A stretch of 64,000 nt of DNA from Octopus vulgaris (lineage: Eukaryota): assembly GCA_951406725.2 (NCBI GenBank), contig OX597815.1:50716001-50780000 (forward strand), read 5' to 3'. The notes beneath the pieces were generated by a model that had not been told where the DNA came from, searched no databases, and saw nothing but the letters and a program-made list of their open reading frames with translations. The stretch's first letter is position 1; every line of letters starts with the position of its first letter. Shown piece after piece: positions 61,365 through 64,000 of this stretch. The position numbers and the translations under genes were made by a program.

Positions 61365-61988
61365 TGAATGAAACACTTATTGATAGAATAATTCAGAGAA
61401 ATACCTCATAGAATTTTTGAATTACTCTGTGAACAAAGAATTTGCTATGATTTATAAAAAGAAATTCTTCAAAAATTATTTTTCATATATTTAGCATATC
61501 TGGCATCTTCATTATAAGTTGTAACTTTTATTTATATTCATTTCCTTCTCATCAATTTCATTTTTATATTTTTTCATTTCTTCATAAAGCCTTATATTTG
61601 ATATTTATTTCAAATATATCCTGCTAAATATTGTATAAAATTCTATGGAATTCCTGTCTTATATACACTCCTAAATCATTTCACATGCATGTAGTTATTT
61701 GATTAGTAATTACTAAGACGCCAACTTCTAGTAATACCATAACAGACTGTGTGGTTTTCAATACCAGATATTTTTGTCCCCTTTGTCAATCTAATTTTAT
61801 GATTTCTTCTCTATAAACATAATGGGATATTAGTTGCTGCCTGGATTTTTTATCCTTCAACAAATATTGAATTGTACAAAAAGAAATTGTACAAAAGAAA
61901 TAGCATGGCAATACTTAGTGTCCATGACTTGACAACGTGATGAAGTGCTGCCATCATTGCTCTAATGTAAGCATTATATATTATTATT

Positions 61989-62021
<33 letters not shown>

Positions 62022-62773
62022 TACATATATATGTGTGTGTGTATTTATCTATATATAATGTATATTATACATATTTATATATATATATTATATTTTTATA
62101 TATAGTGTATACACACACACAGATATGTACATATATTATACATACAACACACATATATGGTATTGTCTTACTTATGTCAAACACCTATGCAGTTCTTAAA
62201 AATGGATTAAATATAGTCTTTTGTGTATATCATGAAAACACAGTGAACTGCATACATTTTTACATGCTTATTTCTCATACTCGATGAGTGTGTTTGTGTG
62301 CATGTATGTGTCACACACACATAAACACATCTCTCTCTCTCTTTCTTTCTTTATTTCTCTTTATATATAAATATATATATATATGCACGCAATCACACAT
62401 ACACATATTTTTAGAATACAAAAACCACAATTTCTGAAGGAAGAATTTTGTTTGTTTATGACTGACTTTATTTTGTTTGTCAACAGAATGTGTTTCATAA
62501 AAAATGCTGAATACAGAAACACACACACACACACAATATATTTTGAATGTGTGTATGTTCACATTGAATAGTTTGAAGATATAATGTCTTGACTTAATTC
62601 ACAATCATCAATAATTGTTATTGAGCTCAGTATTAAGATGTATGGTTTCCTATTCCTAGACTGAACTAAGATTTTGTTTGTGCTTTAATTAGTGCAGCTG
62701 CACTTTGGTTTTTAATAAAATCTATTGAGTCAATGACTCAAGTTTTAAATTGTTATCTTGTTTAGCACCTGCT

Positions 62774-62831
<58 letters not shown>

Positions 62832-62900
62832 CATGCATGTGTGTGTAGAGAGAGATAGAGAGACTGATATAGATACATTTATTATATGTATATTTATATG

Positions 62901-62932
<32 letters not shown>

Positions 62933-62959
62933 GTTTATGGGGTAGGGTATAGATCATTT

Positions 62960-63068
62960 GCATCATTCATCATTAACATTTTACATCTGCTTTTCTATGC
63001 TGGCATGAATTGGATTGTTTTCCCAGAGGTAGTGTTTGTACAGTTGGATGCCTTTCCTGTTGCCAGCT
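62960..63068. mobile_element. Short dispersed repeat with (CAT)n end (related remnants near 14720, 18600, 24590, 36320 and 39005)
   Basis: Recurrent motifs CATC...TTTTC(C/T)ATGCTGGCATG and GGATGCC(C/T)TTCCTGTTGCCA; probably a non-LTR/SINE 3' end on the - strand. Confidence 0.5.
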
Positions 63069-63294
63069 CAGTTATTCAAACCTTATAGCATGCAGGGATG
63101 AAGCCTGCTCTAAAATTGGAACACTATTGTGTACATACACATACACTGTAGTTTCAAATTAGACAAACTTAAAAATGGTATCAGTTTTAAATGAATTTTT
63201 GTGTGTGTGTGTGTGAGTATGAATGTAGATGTCCATCATTAGATATAATTATTATGTTTACCAATACAGTATTTTATAAAGATTGTATTTAATG

Positions 63295-63795
63295 ATTGAT
63301 CTTAGATAGGTTTCAGCCAGTACAGGCCCAGGCCATGTCTAATTTGATAGCATCACCCACCTGGTGAAGTCTTTTAGATCATGATTTACACCTCAGTCAT
63401 ATATGGGACACCATGGCCCACTCTAGCAAAGAGTTATTATTGTTGGAGACATATCTGGGTGTAGGAGGTTGGTCTGGGTGTTTTGGGAGAAATTTGTCCA
63501 GAGAACTTTTGAATTTTATGGGATCTGTTTCTGTTTTGATGTATTTTGGTTTAATATTAAAGAGAGCCAGACTGGTTGAGGTAAAGTAGTTGTGTCGTAA
63601 TGTGTCTTGAGTTCAATTTTTGTAGTGGGCAGATAGCACAGGAGCCAAGTCCTGGGTTGATTTTAATGTTGATGTCAACATCATTTGTGCAATATTGATG
63701 GAATATTTTCCACATCACACAAATGATGTAACGCTCATGGTGGCATTGGAGAGAGTAGAGATTGAATTTTTTTAGTCGACCCCAATAGTCAATAT
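63295..63795 (-). mobile_element. 5'-truncated CR1-like LINE 3' end (ORF2 C-terminus and 3' UTR)
   Basis: IDYWGRLKKFNLYSLQCHHERYIICVMWKI matches the CR1/L2-group post-RT motif YxxRLxxLxLxSLxxRR. After a frameshift it continues ALFNIKPKYIK...FKSSLDKFLPKHPDQPPTP. Confidence 0.8.
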
Positions 63796-63803
63796 AAAAC
63801 AAG

Positions 63804-64000
63804 ACAGTTTCTATATTTAAGAGACGAGGAATTATGTACATTATTTACATTAATCACATTTGATGGATATTTGTCCTCATCTTTTTGTTGCTAACACGTT
63901 TCGGCTGATATACCCTCTAGCCTTCATCAGGTGTTTTGAGGAAATTTTGAACCTGGATTCTCTTTCCCTAAGGTATTTTTCGATGTTGTTGTTATTATTA
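63804..64000 (-). mobile_element. Penelope-like element fragment with decayed minimal hammerhead (63893-63935)
   Basis: On the - strand: AACAC-CTGATGA-A-GGCT(loop)AGCC-GAAAC-GTGTT; runs off the window end. Confidence 0.6.

Overview
This is AT-rich, microsatellite-saturated eukaryotic DNA. The SINE, Penelope, mariner and Helitron repeat content suggests an octopus or other coleoid cephalopod (inferred from remembered repeat families, not from a search). Nearly all ORFs in the supplied track are translated (TA)n/(TG)n/(GATA)n repeats. The first ~10.5 kb is CpG-retaining and has no recognisable transposons. It holds three candidate short first coding exons on the + strand (MAA 741-749; MKPLE 8586-8600; a 41-codon exon 10366-10488), each ending in a phase-0 GT donor. 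The remaining ~53 kb looks like one very large CpG-depleted intron with no convincing internal exon, so the gene cannot be named. That region contains many tRNA-derived SINEs (one young copy with a 13-bp TSD), a non-autonomous Helitron, a pogo/Tigger-type MITE, deleted maT and mariner transposons, a CR1-like LINE 3' end and two Penelope-like fragments. The most striking feature is a perfect 132-bp palindrome (15170-15301) carrying a type I hammerhead ribozyme motif on both strands. No new multi-gene system is supported by the sequence.
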